Part shown: positions 1 to 10,019 of the stretch, piece after piece | Layout of the letters: every line of letters begins with the position of its first letter | Numbering within the stretch: position 1 is the first letter of the stretch | Source of the DNA: Gemmatimonadota bacterium | Lineage (GTDB): Bacteria; Gemmatimonadota; Gemmatimonadetes; Gemmatimonadales; Gemmatimonadaceae | Length of the DNA: 64,000 nt | NCBI GenBank assembly: GCA_021324635.1 | Contig: JAJPIS010000070.1 | Location: forward strand, 7,061 to 71,060 | Reading direction: 5' to 3' | Translations under genes and position numbers: made by a program | The notes under the pieces: model-generated | Database searches by the model: none | Seen by the model: the letters and a program-made list of their open reading frames with translations, nothing else | Told to the model about the DNA's origin: nothing

Positions 1-281
1 CCGCGCACGATCGAGTCCGTGCGCGTGATCATCACGAACACGCGTCCGGTGATCGGACCCTGGTGCGCCGACGCCGGAAAGGTGATCTCGAAGCGGGTGC
101 GTGACGCGGGCGCCGTCCGGGTCTCCACCTGCGCGGCGAGCGGCCGAAACGAAATCAGCGCCAGTGCGCACCCGATGGCGGTCGTCAGGCCGAGCGCGAC
201 GCCAGTGGCGGCGTGAAGGCCGATGCGAGGGCCGATGGCTGTACACGTGGCGCTCCGGGCGCCGCGACCGACGATGTGCAA
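1..281 (-). CDS. N-terminal part of a secreted protein (possibly esterase-like); runs off the window start
   Basis: Manual translation: TTG at 281 after GGGGAGG, hydrophobic signal (GLTTAIGCALALISF), then RFEITFPASAHQGPITGRVFVMITR, open to base 1. Confidence 0.55.
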   Translation of the reverse strand, partial: MHIVGRGARSATCTAIGPRIGLHAATGVALGLTTAIGCALALISFRPLAAQVETRTAPASRTRFEITFPASAHQGPITGRVFVMITRTDSIVR

Positions 282-374
282 CGGAGCCTCCCCTGGGGCA
301 GGTAGATGGACCGAACGGCGCCGACAATATAGGCGCCCATACCATCGCCCGTTACCCGGCGCGCGCCCTGCGCC

Positions 375-423
375 GTGGAGTCAGTGGAGTCAGTGGAGTC
401 AGTGGAGTCAGTGGAGTCAGTGG
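375..423. repeat. 9-bp tandem repeat (GTGGAGTCA) x5
   Basis: Directly visible; the last unit holds the TGA stop (417-419) of the minus-strand gene. Confidence 0.95.
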
Positions 424-1523
424 GACGGCGTGGCGGCGCTCTGACTCGTGGGCAGCGAGCTGAAGTCCGGCATGTAGACCACGAGGCCGAGGTTCGCGAG
501 AGTGCGGGAGCGGCCGGCCACCAGCTGGCGGGCGTAGTGTGGAAGGCTCATGTCAAAGGGCGTTCGCGGCTCGGCGTCGATGATCCGGAGGTCGGTGTCC
601 GTCATGAGCAGCTTGCCGAACCGCAGCTCGCCGCCGCGGAAGTAGATGTAGTTCGGGTCGCTCGTGTCGGCCCGGACATACCTGCCGAAGACGGTGTCGT
701 CCGGGTCCCGCGCAAACTGTTGGACGACCGCGTCGCCCTCGATGCCGATCGCCATGAGCCGACCATCGATCGCCGGCGGTGGCAGGATCACGTGTGGATC
801 GAGATAGAGATCGTCGCCCTTGACCGTCGCGCCCCGTGCGCGGGAGAGATCCAGCAGGTCGTCGAGATGGAGGCCGACGAGGTGCAGCACCTTCTCGCCA
901 TTCACGCCAAGCGTCTGCACGGCGGTCGGGTGGAGGCGGATCCGTCCGTCCGGCATCACCGTGAGCGTGCCGCGCAGGCGGAAGCGGACGTCCACGCCCT
1001 TGTGCATCACTCCCGTCTGGATGATCTGTGCCCCGTCCGTGCGGACGCGGATGTCGCGCAGGGGCGCGCCGGGATAGGCGAAGACGCTGTAGTTGAGAAT
1101 GGCGCCGAGATCGTCCCCGGTCAGCGCGACCGTGCCTGCCGTGACGCGAATGTGGAAGGACGTCGGGTCGTCGAGCGTCGCGGGCTGCTCGGGGTGCACC
1201 CGGAGCACTTCGCCATGGAGGACGCGGACACGGATCGTGATCTGATCGGAAAGCCGGAGGTCGACGTTCCGCATGTCGACCCACTGGCGCGGCCGCGCGG
1301 CCGGATGCGCCGCCGCCCGGCTGGCCGGCCCCGCGCGTGCGGACGGGCCCGGATCGGTCGTCGGCCGCCTGGCGTGCGCCCGGCGCGGACTGGGTCCTGG
1401 GTCGTCCCGGGGCGCCGCGCGCCCCACCGCGGTGAGCTGCGCCGCGACGAGCACGACGCACACCGCGCCCGCGGCTCGGGTCCCACCGATCCAGCGCCGT
1501 ACCTCGCGAGCTCTGCGCGCCAT
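417..1523 (-). CDS. Secreted hypothetical protein
   Basis: ORF 417..1799; likely ATG at 1523 (MARRARE...) followed by a hydrophobic signal and a globular beta-rich region. Confidence 0.7.
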   Translation of the reverse strand: MARRAREVRRWIGGTRAAGAVCVVLVAAQLTAVGRAAPRDDPGPSPRRAHARRPTTDPGPSARAGPASRAAAHPAARPRQWVDMRNVDLRLSDQITIRVRVLHGEVLRVHPEQPATLDDPTSFHIRVTAGTVALTGDDLGAILNYSVFAYPGAPLRDIRVRTDGAQIIQTGVMHKGVDVRFRLRGTLTVMPDGRIRLHPTAVQTLGVNGEKVLHLVGLHLDDLLDLSRARGATVKGDDLYLDPHVILPPPAIDGRLMAIGIEGDAVVQQFARDPDDTVFGRYVRADTSDPNYIYFRGGELRFGKLLMTDTDLRIIDAEPRTPFDMSLPHYARQLVAGRSRTLANLGLVVYMPDFSSLPTSQSAATPSH

Positions 1524-1807
1524 CACCTGTAATGTGCGTAGGGGACGGAGAGGACGTAGGAGGCGCAGCGCGCTGCCCCCGCGCGACCGGCCACTTCTGA
1601 CAGGTTGCGGGCCCGGTGTCGCGAACGGTCGTCGTCGGGCGCGAGCATCCTCGACCGGTGAGCTCGGTCCGCTGTCCCGATCCCGCGGACCCCGCGCCGA
1701 CCCGGCGCGGCCCCGGCGGCCCCCGGAGAGCCAGCGGTCGCCCCTGCACCATCGTCCGTCATCCCAACGGCGTGGCCGACACCGGGACCGGCCGGGCATC
1801 CTCTGCC

Positions 1808-2173
1808 ATGCGCGTGCTCATAGTCGACGACGAGCCGCTGGCGCGGGTGCACATGCGGAGCCTGCTGGCCGGCGACGGCGATGTGTCGGAAGTCGTGGAG
1901 TGCGCCAATGGCCTCGACGCCGTCTCGATGATCAGGGCCCATCGGCCGGACCTGGTGCTGCTCGATGTCGAGATGCCCGGGCTCGATGGGTTCGGCGTGG
2001 TGCGCGCCGTTGGGGTGGACGCCATGCCCGCGGTCATCTTCGTGACCGCCCACCACCGCTACGCCTCGGCTGCCCTCGCCGTCCGCGCCGTCGATTGTGT
2101 GCTCAAGCCGGTCTGGGGGCCGCGGCTGACCGACGCCGTGCGGCGAGCCAAGGCACAGATCGCCAGAGGATGA
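1808..2173 (+). CDS. Single-domain response regulator (LytR/AlgR-type receiver only)
   Basis: MRVLIVDDEPLAR...LLDVEMPGLDG...IFVTA...LKP; stops before any output domain. Confidence 0.85.
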   Translation: MRVLIVDDEPLARVHMRSLLAGDGDVSEVVECANGLDAVSMIRAHRPDLVLLDVEMPGLDGFGVVRAVGVDAMPAVIFVTAHHRYASAALAVRAVDCVLKPVWGPRLTDAVRRAKAQIARG

Positions 2174-2227
2174 CCGACCGGGCGGCATGAACTGCCGCCC
2201 CCGGAGCTCCCCGGGGCTCCTCCGGGC

Positions 2228-2845
2228 TCAGCGCCGCGCGACGGTACGACCGGCCCGCGCCCATGGCGCCCACCCGGCTGGCAGCACGGCCCAGCCGCGT
2301 GGACTGGTACCCGGGCGCGGAAAGGCCGGCGTGCCGTCGGGGGCAGCGGGTCTGCCCGCGGTCCCGAGGAACTCGCGAATCGCCTCGATCCCCGCGACGT
2401 GGGCCGCGTGTCCACGACTCGCCGTCGCGCGACCCCAGTATCGGTGCGTGCCATCGCGCATGACGAGCGCGGGGCGGTACCGCTCCACCTGGTCGTCATC
2501 GACCTCCAGACGCTCGAGGACCGCGTCCGCGACATCGGTGATGCGGTGGAGCACGATCGTCGCCCCGACCAGATGCCGTCGCGTGAGGTGGACGATGCCG
2601 CGCGGGCGATCGAACGTGAGCGTGTGGGAGCCGGTCCCCCGGGCGCTCGCCAGCCCCAACACGACGAGCGTCACGCCGACCGCGGCCACGAGAACGATGA
2701 CGCCCCAGGAGTGGGCCAGCGCGCCGCGCGCCGCGATGTAGGCGAGCGCGGCACCGGAGAGCGCGACCAGGGCGCCTACCACGCGGGTCGCATGGGCCGA
2801 ATCGGACGCGATCAGGATGTCGGGTGCGGGACGCCGGATGCGCAT
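2228..2845 (-). CDS. Hypothetical membrane protein
   Basis: Two N-terminal hydrophobic helices followed by a soluble domain. Confidence 0.6.
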   Translation of the reverse strand: MRIRRPAPDILIASDSAHATRVVGALVALSGAALAYIAARGALAHSWGVIVLVAAVGVTLVVLGLASARGTGSHTLTFDRPRGIVHLTRRHLVGATIVLHRITDVADAVLERLEVDDDQVERYRPALVMRDGTHRYWGRATASRGHAAHVAGIEAIREFLGTAGRPAAPDGTPAFPRPGTSPRGWAVLPAGWAPWARAGRTVARR

Positions 2846-3083
2846 GGTGCTCGCAGGAGCTGGCAGGTGCTGGCAGTGCTGGCGGGTGAGGTGTCGGGCG
2901 GCCGGCGAGATCCCGCAGGGCCGCCCAGCGCTGGGGGACGATCCGCGTGCAGGACGGCTTGGACCCGGTGGCCGTCACGGGAGCGCGGTGTGCGAGGGTG
3001 TGCCCGCGGTGGTGTGCGGCGGCGGTGTGCCGCGGGGCGGTGCGGCGTCCGTCGCGCCCGGCCGGACGGCTACGTTTCGCAGC

Positions 3084-4586
3084 GTGCGGCTCCTCATCAT
3101 CACGTGGCGACTGTTCCCGATCGCGATCTCGTTCCGGCGCGATTGGGCCCGGTGGGTCGTCGGCGGTGCGCCGATCGACCGCAGTCCCGAGTTCCACCGG
3201 TCCCGGGCACAGCGGATCGCGGCCTCGCTCGCCGCGCTCGGTCCGACGTTCGTCAAGTTCGCGCAACTGATCGGCGCGCGGGCCGACCTCGTGCCCGAGC
3301 CGTACCTGGGCGCCCTCGCATCGCTCATGGACCGGGTGCCGCCCGCCCCCTGGCCGCGCATCGCTCGCCAGCTCACCCGGAGCTATGGCCGGCCGATCGA
3401 CCAGGTGTTCGAGTCCATCGAGCAGACGCCGCTCGCCTCGGCGTCTCTGGGGCAGGTCTACGACGGGCGAGTCGGTGGCCGACGAGTGGCGATCAAGGTC
3501 CTGCGTCCCGGGGTCGAGCGACTGGTGGCCGCCGACCTGTCCGCCTCCCGGCGACTCCTCCGCGCACTCACCTGGCTGTTCGGCAACCGTCCCCGCGTGC
3601 GCCGGATCCTCGGGCAGCTCGCGACGGTCATCGAGGAGTTCGGATTCCGGATCGATGACGAGCTCGACTACCGGAAGGAGGCCGCGAACGCGATCGAAAT
3701 TCGGGAGAACTTCGCCGGCAGCGACGGCATCATCGTCCCCGAGGTGCTCGGCGCCCTCGTCCGCCGGCAGGTGCTCGTGCTCGAGTTCGTGGAAGGGACG
3801 CCGCTCGATGCGCTCGACGCCCGCGTGGCGGCGCGACAGCTCGACATCGCCGCTCTGGTGAGTCATCTGGTCGAGGCGTACGTCGCGATGATGATGGTCG
3901 ACGGGCTGTTCCACGCCGACCCGCACCCCCGGAACTTGCTCGTCGCTCCGGACGGGTCACTGGTACTGCTCGACTTCGGGATGGTGGTCCGCGTCTCGCG
4001 TGCGATGCGCCGCACGCTCCTGGCGACGATCCTGGCGGCGATCCGGCGCGACGTGGACGGTGTCGTGGCCGGCTTCGACGAGCTGGGACTCATTGCGCCC
4101 GGGGCGACCCGTGCCGACGTGCGGCCACTCATCGCGCTCCTGCTGGCGATGGCCTCGGGGTACACGACGGTGGAGGAACGGGTCGAGCTGCTCGCCGACC
4201 AGGTGATGGTCAACCTCTACGACTCCCCGCTCACGCTCCCGAGCTCGATGGTGTATTTCGCCCGCACCGCGGCCTTGATCGAAGGCATGGCGCTGCGCTA
4301 CGATCCGCGGTTCAATCCGCTCGCGGTGGCCACGCCGGTGCTGCTTCGGATGCATCCCACGATCGCGGCGGCGCTCGACCGGACTCACACGCCGAGCCTG
4401 GGGGCGCTCGCCGTCGGGCTCACGGGTGTGATCGGTCAGGGGCTCGACACCGTGGCCACCCGTCTCGGCGTGGGGCAGCGCGGCGAGGTCGCCCGCTGGG
4501 CCGACCGGCTCGTCTCGCGGGCGAGACGATACCTGGACCATGGCAGTCTGAGCAGCAACGGCAGCGGTGCACGCCCCGGTCGCTGA
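3084..4586 (+). CDS. ABC1/AarF/UbiB family atypical kinase
   Basis: LGPTFVKFAQ, PLASASLGQV, VAIKVLRP, FHADPHPRN, LLDFGM motifs; start uncertain (frame open from 2817). Confidence 0.9.
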   Translation: MRLLIITWRLFPIAISFRRDWARWVVGGAPIDRSPEFHRSRAQRIAASLAALGPTFVKFAQLIGARADLVPEPYLGALASLMDRVPPAPWPRIARQLTRSYGRPIDQVFESIEQTPLASASLGQVYDGRVGGRRVAIKVLRPGVERLVAADLSASRRLLRALTWLFGNRPRVRRILGQLATVIEEFGFRIDDELDYRKEAANAIEIRENFAGSDGIIVPEVLGALVRRQVLVLEFVEGTPLDALDARVAARQLDIAALVSHLVEAYVAMMMVDGLFHADPHPRNLLVAPDGSLVLLDFGMVVRVSRAMRRTLLATILAAIRRDVDGVVAGFDELGLIAPGATRADVRPLIALLLAMASGYTTVEERVELLADQVMVNLYDSPLTLPSSMVYFARTAALIEGMALRYDPRFNPLAVATPVLLRMHPTIAAALDRTHTPSLGALAVGLTGVIGQGLDTVATRLGVGQRGEVARWADRLVSRARRYLDHGSLSSNGSGARPGR

Positions 4587-4688
4587 GCAGCGAAACACAC
4601 GCCGCCGCCCGCACGTACTTCCGGTACTTCGGTCGGGGACTGGCTTCTGATTCGTTCTCGTATCATCGGCGCACTGGGCGCACTGGCC

Positions 4689-7190
4689 GTGATCGGTGCC
4701 GTGGCGTCCCCGCGCGCCGGTGCGGGATGCCCGCCCACGCCCGCCTCTGTGCGGCAGGGGGGCGTTCCGGCCGTGGACGCTCGGCCATCCCCCGGCGCCG
4801 ACACGCTCCAGCGGCGAGACTCGACGGCCAGGCGTCCGCCGAGGCGCGGTGAGCGCCGCGGCATGGCGCGCGTCGTCCCGCTGACACCGGCGCTCCTGGC
4901 GTCGGCGTACGACGGCGACGACACGCGGGCGCTGGTGGCGCTCGCCCGGGCGGCGCGGGCCAGCGACGACTCGAGCCTCCGTGATTACGATGTCGGCTCG
5001 GTCGAGCGGTTCTCCGTGTGGCTGGCGATCGGGTCGATCGGCCGCCCGCGGTTGGTGTTCCGGCGCGAGCGCGCCGAGCACGCGCGGTGGCAGCGCGGCC
5101 TGGGCGCGCTCGTCGATGTCACCGGGTCGCGCACGGCGCTGCCGCTCGCGCCGGACGAGCAGGATGTCGAGGACGACGCGATTTCCCTTCCCTACGTCCC
5201 TGGTCGGCGGCTACTGGCGCTGGGCGGGCAGCGTGGGGCCGACACGACGCAGTACGCCGAGATCGACGACATCGTCGACCCCGTCGCCGCGGGCGCCGAG
5301 GCGTACTATCGATACAGCCGCGGCGACTCGGCGATCCTGCGCATCCCCGTTCGCGGTGGCGGGCAGCGGGTGCTGCACCTGCGCGAGATCCGACTGCACG
5401 CGCGCGAGCCCGTGTGGAACCTCGCCGCCGGGTCCCTCTGGTTCGATGGCGAGAGCGGTCACCTCGTCCGGGCCGTGTACCGGTTCGCGGCCCCGATGAA
5501 CATCGTCGCGGTGGCCAAGGACGCGGACCCGCACGCCTTCGATGACGTACCGGTCTGGGTGCGGCCCCTGATCACGCCCATGACGGCGAGCCTCGACGCG
5601 GTGACGATCGAGTACAGCCTGCTCGACGGGCGCTTCTGGCTCCCGGTCGCGCGCTACGCCGACGGCAGCGCGCACGTGAACATGATGCGCGCCCCGGTGC
5701 GGTGGGAAGTCCGATACCGGTATCGCAGCGTGAACGGCCCCGACACCCTGCCCCGCCTCCCCGAGTTTGCCCGCGCCGCGGCGTCCCGGGCGTCGGCGGC
5801 GACGACCACCCCGCCCGGCAGCTCCCCTGCCCCGAGCGATACTGTCATCCCCGCCCGACCCGTCGACGGCGGTCGCGCACACGACCGGGGCGCCGGGGGC
5901 GCAACGCACCTCTCCATGCGCTCGGGCGCCGCGCGCGACGATCATTCGGATTCCGCCGAGCGTGCGATCCGCGCCGCCCAGTGTGCGCGGAGCGGCAGCT
6001 GGGAGCACGTCGAGGTGCACGACGGCTCCGTCCCGGTGGTGATTCGCACGCCGTGCGACACGGCGGCGCTCGCCCGGTCTCCGGAGCTGCCCGCGTCGAT
6101 CTACGATGACGGGACGCCGACCTTCGGGGTGCACGATCTCGACGCGCTGCGCCAGACCCTTGGGCGGGACCCGCCCCCCGACTGGCGTCCGCAGCCTGTC
6201 GAGCTTCGCTGGGGCGTGCGGGACGCGCTGGTTCGCTACAACCGGATCGAAGGCCTGTCCGTCGGCGCGGCCGCCGTCGAGGAGCTCGGGCTCGGGTTGT
6301 CGGCGCGGGCGGAAGGGCGGCTCGGCACGGCCGACCTCGAGCCGAATGGCGAGCTGCGACTGACGCGCACGACACCCGCCAGCACCGTCGGTCTCGCGCT
6401 CTATCGGCGCCTGGACGCCGCGACCGACTGGGGTGACCCGTTCAGCGTCGGCAGCTCGGTCTGGAACCTCCTCTTCGGAGGCGATGAGGGGTTCTACTAT
6501 CGCGCCTGGGGTGGCGAGCTGGCCGGCGTCGAGCGTGACTCTCCCCTGCCCTTCAGTTGGCGGCTGTTCGTCGAGGACGAGTGGACCGCCAGCGTGAAGA
6601 CGCGATTCGCGCTCACCCGTCTCGTTGGAGGCGCCCAGCTCCCTCGTGCCAATCTCGCCGCGCGCGCCGGGACCCTGAGCGGACTGGCCTTCCGGCTGCA
6701 TCCTGCGTGGGGGTCCGACCCGAGCGGGTTCCAGCTGTCGGCCGATATCCGTGGCGAGGGTGCCGGCGGGAGCTACTCGTACATTCGCGGCGCGGCCGAT
6801 CTCACCGTCGTTCACCCCATCGCGCCGTTCGCCGACGCCGCGGTCACCGTCGGCGGCGGCACCTCGGCCGGCGACCTACCGGCCCAGCGCGCCTGGTATC
6901 TGGGTGGTCTCCGCAGCGTGCGTGGGGAGCCGCCGGGGACGCAGGTCGGCGACGCCTACTGGATGACGCACCTCGAGATCGGTGGCCGCAGCCCGCTCGT
7001 GCGCCCGATCGCCTTCTACGACGTGGGCTGGGCCGGGAGCCGGTCCCTCTGGGCCCACGAGGGCCGTGCCCTCAGCGGGGCCGGCGTCGGCGTCTCATTG
7101 TTCGACGGCCTCGTTCGACTCGACATCGCCCGCGGCGTCTGGCCGTCCCACGGCGTTCGCGTCAACGCCTACTGGCAGGGCACCTTCTGA
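4689..7190 (+). CDS. Putative outer-membrane beta-barrel protein
   Basis: RYNRIEGLSVG motif, amphipathic C-terminal strands, LGGLRSVRG, terminal Phe; start uncertain. Confidence 0.7.
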   Translation: MIGAVASPRAGAGCPPTPASVRQGGVPAVDARPSPGADTLQRRDSTARRPPRRGERRGMARVVPLTPALLASAYDGDDTRALVALARAARASDDSSLRDYDVGSVERFSVWLAIGSIGRPRLVFRRERAEHARWQRGLGALVDVTGSRTALPLAPDEQDVEDDAISLPYVPGRRLLALGGQRGADTTQYAEIDDIVDPVAAGAEAYYRYSRGDSAILRIPVRGGGQRVLHLREIRLHAREPVWNLAAGSLWFDGESGHLVRAVYRFAAPMNIVAVAKDADPHAFDDVPVWVRPLITPMTASLDAVTIEYSLLDGRFWLPVARYADGSAHVNMMRAPVRWEVRYRYRSVNGPDTLPRLPEFARAAASRASAATTTPPGSSPAPSDTVIPARPVDGGRAHDRGAGGATHLSMRSGAARDDHSDSAERAIRAAQCARSGSWEHVEVHDGSVPVVIRTPCDTAALARSPELPASIYDDGTPTFGVHDLDALRQTLGRDPPPDWRPQPVELRWGVRDALVRYNRIEGLSVGAAAVEELGLGLSARAEGRLGTADLEPNGELRLTRTTPASTVGLALYRRLDAATDWGDPFSVGSSVWNLLFGGDEGFYYRAWGGELAGVERDSPLPFSWRLFVEDEWTASVKTRFALTRLVGGAQLPRANLAARAGTLSGLAFRLHPAWGSDPSGFQLSADIRGEGAGGSYSYIRGAADLTVVHPIAPFADAAVTVGGGTSAGDLPAQRAWYLGGLRSVRGEPPGTQVGDAYWMTHLEIGGRSPLVRPIAFYDVGWAGSRSLWAHEGRALSGAGVGVSLFDGLVRLDIARGVWPSHGVRVNAYWQGTF

Positions 7191-7319
7191 GCCCCGGCAC
7201 GAGTCCTGGCGCAGCGCTCCGGCGGGCGCCGCCTCAACTGAACGATTTCCCACGATGCGCGCTTGGGAGCAGCCGGCGCGCCGGCCTGGCGTGCGGTCAG
7301 CGCCACGCGACGCACCCGC

Positions 7320-7409
7320 GCGTGGCTCCGCCTCGCCGCGTTCGATCGCTCCCGCTTCCGTGAGCGCGTCGGCGAGAAGCCGTCCGTACTTCGTCGTTCC
7401 CTTCCTCAT
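7320..7409 (-). pseudogene. HigA-like antitoxin N-terminal remnant
   Basis: MRKGTTKYGRLLADALTEAGAIERGE overlaps the toxin-remnant stop; no recognisable HTH follows. Confidence 0.5.
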
Positions 7410-7670
7410 CGTTCTCCATCCAGTTCTCGGACCAGCCGCTCGGCGTAGTCCGATCCTTCTCGGTCAGCGCCCCCTGCCTGTTCTTCCCGTATGCGAGCAG
7501 CAGGTAGATCCGTCCGCGAGGTTCCAGGTACACGTAATCACCCTCGCATCACCTCGTCGTCCGACCCCTCCGGCGACGACCCGGATCTTCCGCACGCCGC
7601 GGGTCCCGCGCTCACCTACGCCCAGTCGCGGGTCAACGATCAGCCGTCGTTCGATGTCAGCGAAGTCCTC
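7406..7670 (-). pseudogene. RelE/HigB-2-type toxin remnant, 5'-truncated, two frameshifts
   Basis: Joined frames read EDFADIERRLIVDPRLG...GTRGVRKIRV...GRRGDARVI / YVYLEPRGRIYLLLAYGKN...LTEKD / AERLVRELDGER*. Confidence 0.75.
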
Positions 7671-8948
7671 TCAGGCCTGCCGCAGCGCGGTCTCCCGCGC
7701 CCGGACGCGCTGGAGTTGCGTCTCCAGGGCTTCGCGCACCACGGCGACGTCGCCGGCGTCGAGCGACTCCACGCTCCGGTGTACCTCGATGATGAAGCCA
7801 CCCGTGCGGGTCGGACGGCAGCGATACGCCGGCCGAATCCGGGTCGTGCGCCGGCCGGTCGGGCCGAGGCCGACGAGCTGACGCAGGGCAGCCACGCGCT
7901 TGCCGTCATCGGCCTCATTGGCCAGTCGCTCGAGATCGCGGTAGGCCGCGCGCGACAGTCGGTCCTCGATGACCCCGGCGCCCGCTCCCCCTTCCCCCTT
8001 CCCCGCCCCGTCCCACTCTCCCTCGGGGCCGGCGGCCCGGGCCAGAAATGCCGGGGAGAGCGCCCGGCGGATTCGCAGCAACATGTTGACCTTGCCGTGG
8101 CTCCATCCCATCACCGCGCCCAGCGAGCGGACCGTGTCGTGGTAGCCGTCGGCGCGCCGACGCTCCTGGACCTCGGTGACGAGCACCGCCTCCTGCCAGG
8201 TCGTGAAATTCTCCCGGTGCAAGTTCCCGCGGAGCACCGTGGCCGCCGCTGCGGCGCTGGACATCGTCCCGCGATCGAGCGCTGGCACCTGGCGGAAGCC
8301 GGCCAGTCGTGCGGCAGCGAGCCGTCGGTGTCCCGCCAGGCACTCGTACCGGCCGTCCTCGGCGACCCGCACCTCGACCGGCGTCCGCACCCCGTGCTCG
8401 GCGACGTCGAACGCGAGCTCGGCGAGCCGGGCCGCTTCCGGGTCGAGCCGCGCGAAGAGCGTCATCCCGTCGGGACTGACGAGCGCGTGCAGCGAGCCGG
8501 CCGCGGCGATCGCCAGCCCGACACTCTGGACCGCGGCCGTGGACGGCCGGCCCTTGGGCTGGAACGGCGACGCTCGGATCGCCGCGACGTCCATCTCCCG
8601 AATGGCGAGGTCCAGCGTGTCGCTCGCCGGGCGATCCACCGCGCCCGCCCCCCGGATGGGCGCTTGTGACGCGCGGCTGACGTCAGACTGGCGCGTGAGC
8701 GGCGCCTCGCGCTCCGACGACCGGACCGCGTCCGCGGCCGATGCGCCGGGCGCGGGCTCCGCGGCCGCGCCGGTGGACGGGGGCGTGGACAGGGGCCGAC
8801 CCGCCCCTTCGATCGCCGTCATGGTGTGCGACTCGGGGACCTGCTCCGACGCGAGTTGCTCGGCCATCGCGAGCAACTGGTCGCGCCGGCCGGTTTTCAC
8901 CTTCCCGGTCGGCGGCGCCATCCCCTTCTTGGGCTGCGGCAACGGCAT
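7671..8948 (-). CDS. parB: ParB/RepB/Spo0J family partition protein
   Basis: SPFQP, GVRTPVEVR, YECLAGHRRLAA (GxRR arginine patch), NLHREN, HTH region TVRSLGAVMGWSHGKVNMLLRI. Confidence 0.9.
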   Translation of the reverse strand: MPLPQPKKGMAPPTGKVKTGRRDQLLAMAEQLASEQVPESHTMTAIEGAGRPLSTPPSTGAAAEPAPGASAADAVRSSEREAPLTRQSDVSRASQAPIRGAGAVDRPASDTLDLAIREMDVAAIRASPFQPKGRPSTAAVQSVGLAIAAAGSLHALVSPDGMTLFARLDPEAARLAELAFDVAEHGVRTPVEVRVAEDGRYECLAGHRRLAAARLAGFRQVPALDRGTMSSAAAAATVLRGNLHRENFTTWQEAVLVTEVQERRRADGYHDTVRSLGAVMGWSHGKVNMLLRIRRALSPAFLARAAGPEGEWDGAGKGEGGAGAGVIEDRLSRAAYRDLERLANEADDGKRVAALRQLVGLGPTGRRTTRIRPAYRCRPTRTGGFIIEVHRSVESLDAGDVAVVREALETQLQRVRARETALRQA

Positions 8949-8951
8949 CGA

Positions 8952-9764
8952 TCAGCTCTCCGGTGAGGGGACCCTCAGGGTCCTGTCCGACACGCCGCCC
9001 GGGCGACCGAGCCCGGCACGCGGTTCCCCCGGCGGTGCCGCCGCTCGCTCGACCGGCGATCCCCCAGCGCCGGCCCGCGTGCCGAAGAGTTCTTCCACGA
9101 GTTGGACGATGGCTCTCGCCGCCTTGGAGCGCCTGGCGTACATGGTGACCGGCTGCCCGGCCATCACGCACTCGGCGGCCTTCCCGTCGAGCGGGATGAC
9201 GACATCGCTGAAGTGCCCTTCGTGCTGCTTCTGCATGGCGAGAAGGGTCGTGTTGTTGAGGAGCACGCTCCGATGGATCGCCGGAACCAGCACGTAGGGG
9301 ATGTGCCGTCGCGACACATACGCGACCAGCTCGTTCAAGCTCTGGAACGACCCCGGCTCGGTCTTGATGGCGCCGATGAGCATCACGTCGGTCCGCGCGA
9401 AGACGACCCGGTGCGCGGCGTCCGTCAGCGCCGGCGCCATGTCGACGACGAGGACGCGCTCCTCACCGCCGGCCAGGGCCCGCTCGAGATGGTCTCCGAT
9501 CTCACCCTCCGACGCATGGGCGAGCGCTCTGCCTCCGCGGTACAGGGCCAACCCATGGACAGCCACCGGGGGATCGCGCACAGGATCCTCGGTCGGGATC
9601 CGCTTGGCGTACCCGGTGAGCCCCGCCTGCGGATCGAGGTCGACGAGCGCGACGTCAGTTGCCGTGCCCGATCGTCGGAGTGCGTCGGCAATTGCGAAGG
9701 CGAGCGTTGATTTCCCGGTACCGCCCCGACCCGCGGCGACGGCTAGTACTCTCAGTGGTGTCAT
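8952..9764 (-). CDS. parA: ParA family ATPase
   Basis: Deviant Walker A AGRGGTGKST, VDLDPQ, VVDMAP; ends 3 bp before parB. Confidence 0.9.
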   Translation of the reverse strand: MTPLRVLAVAAGRGGTGKSTLAFAIADALRRSGTATDVALVDLDPQAGLTGYAKRIPTEDPVRDPPVAVHGLALYRGGRALAHASEGEIGDHLERALAGGEERVLVVDMAPALTDAAHRVVFARTDVMLIGAIKTEPGSFQSLNELVAYVSRRHIPYVLVPAIHRSVLLNNTTLLAMQKQHEGHFSDVVIPLDGKAAECVMAGQPVTMYARRSKAARAIVQLVEELFGTRAGAGGSPVERAAAPPGEPRAGLGRPGGVSDRTLRVPSPES

Positions 9765-9884
9765 GCGGTGTGGGGGGCAGCGGCGACGAGTATGCGACTG
9801 AGCGACCGAAGGTACAGGCCACGGTCGTCGATGGCCAGTCACGTCGGCGTACCGGGGCGACGCGCAACGGCGCACCGCTCTGCG

Positions 9885-9904
9885 GCTGTCCAACGTTGGA
9901 CAGC
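9885..9904. promoter_or_regulatory. Candidate parS site 1 (20-bp perfect palindrome GCTGTCCAACGTTGGACAGC)
   Basis: Palindrome upstream of parA; 16-bp core resembles canonical parS TGTTTCACGTGAAACA. Confidence 0.75.
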
Positions 9905-10019
9905 GGTCACGCCGGAGCGGTGCTCGGCGCTAACGGCCGGGTGCCGGTCGTAGGCGCGAGCGGATCCACCCCGCGCGCAGGCGGAACGCCGCCAGGGCGA
10001 TCACCGAGCGCTCGAGAGC

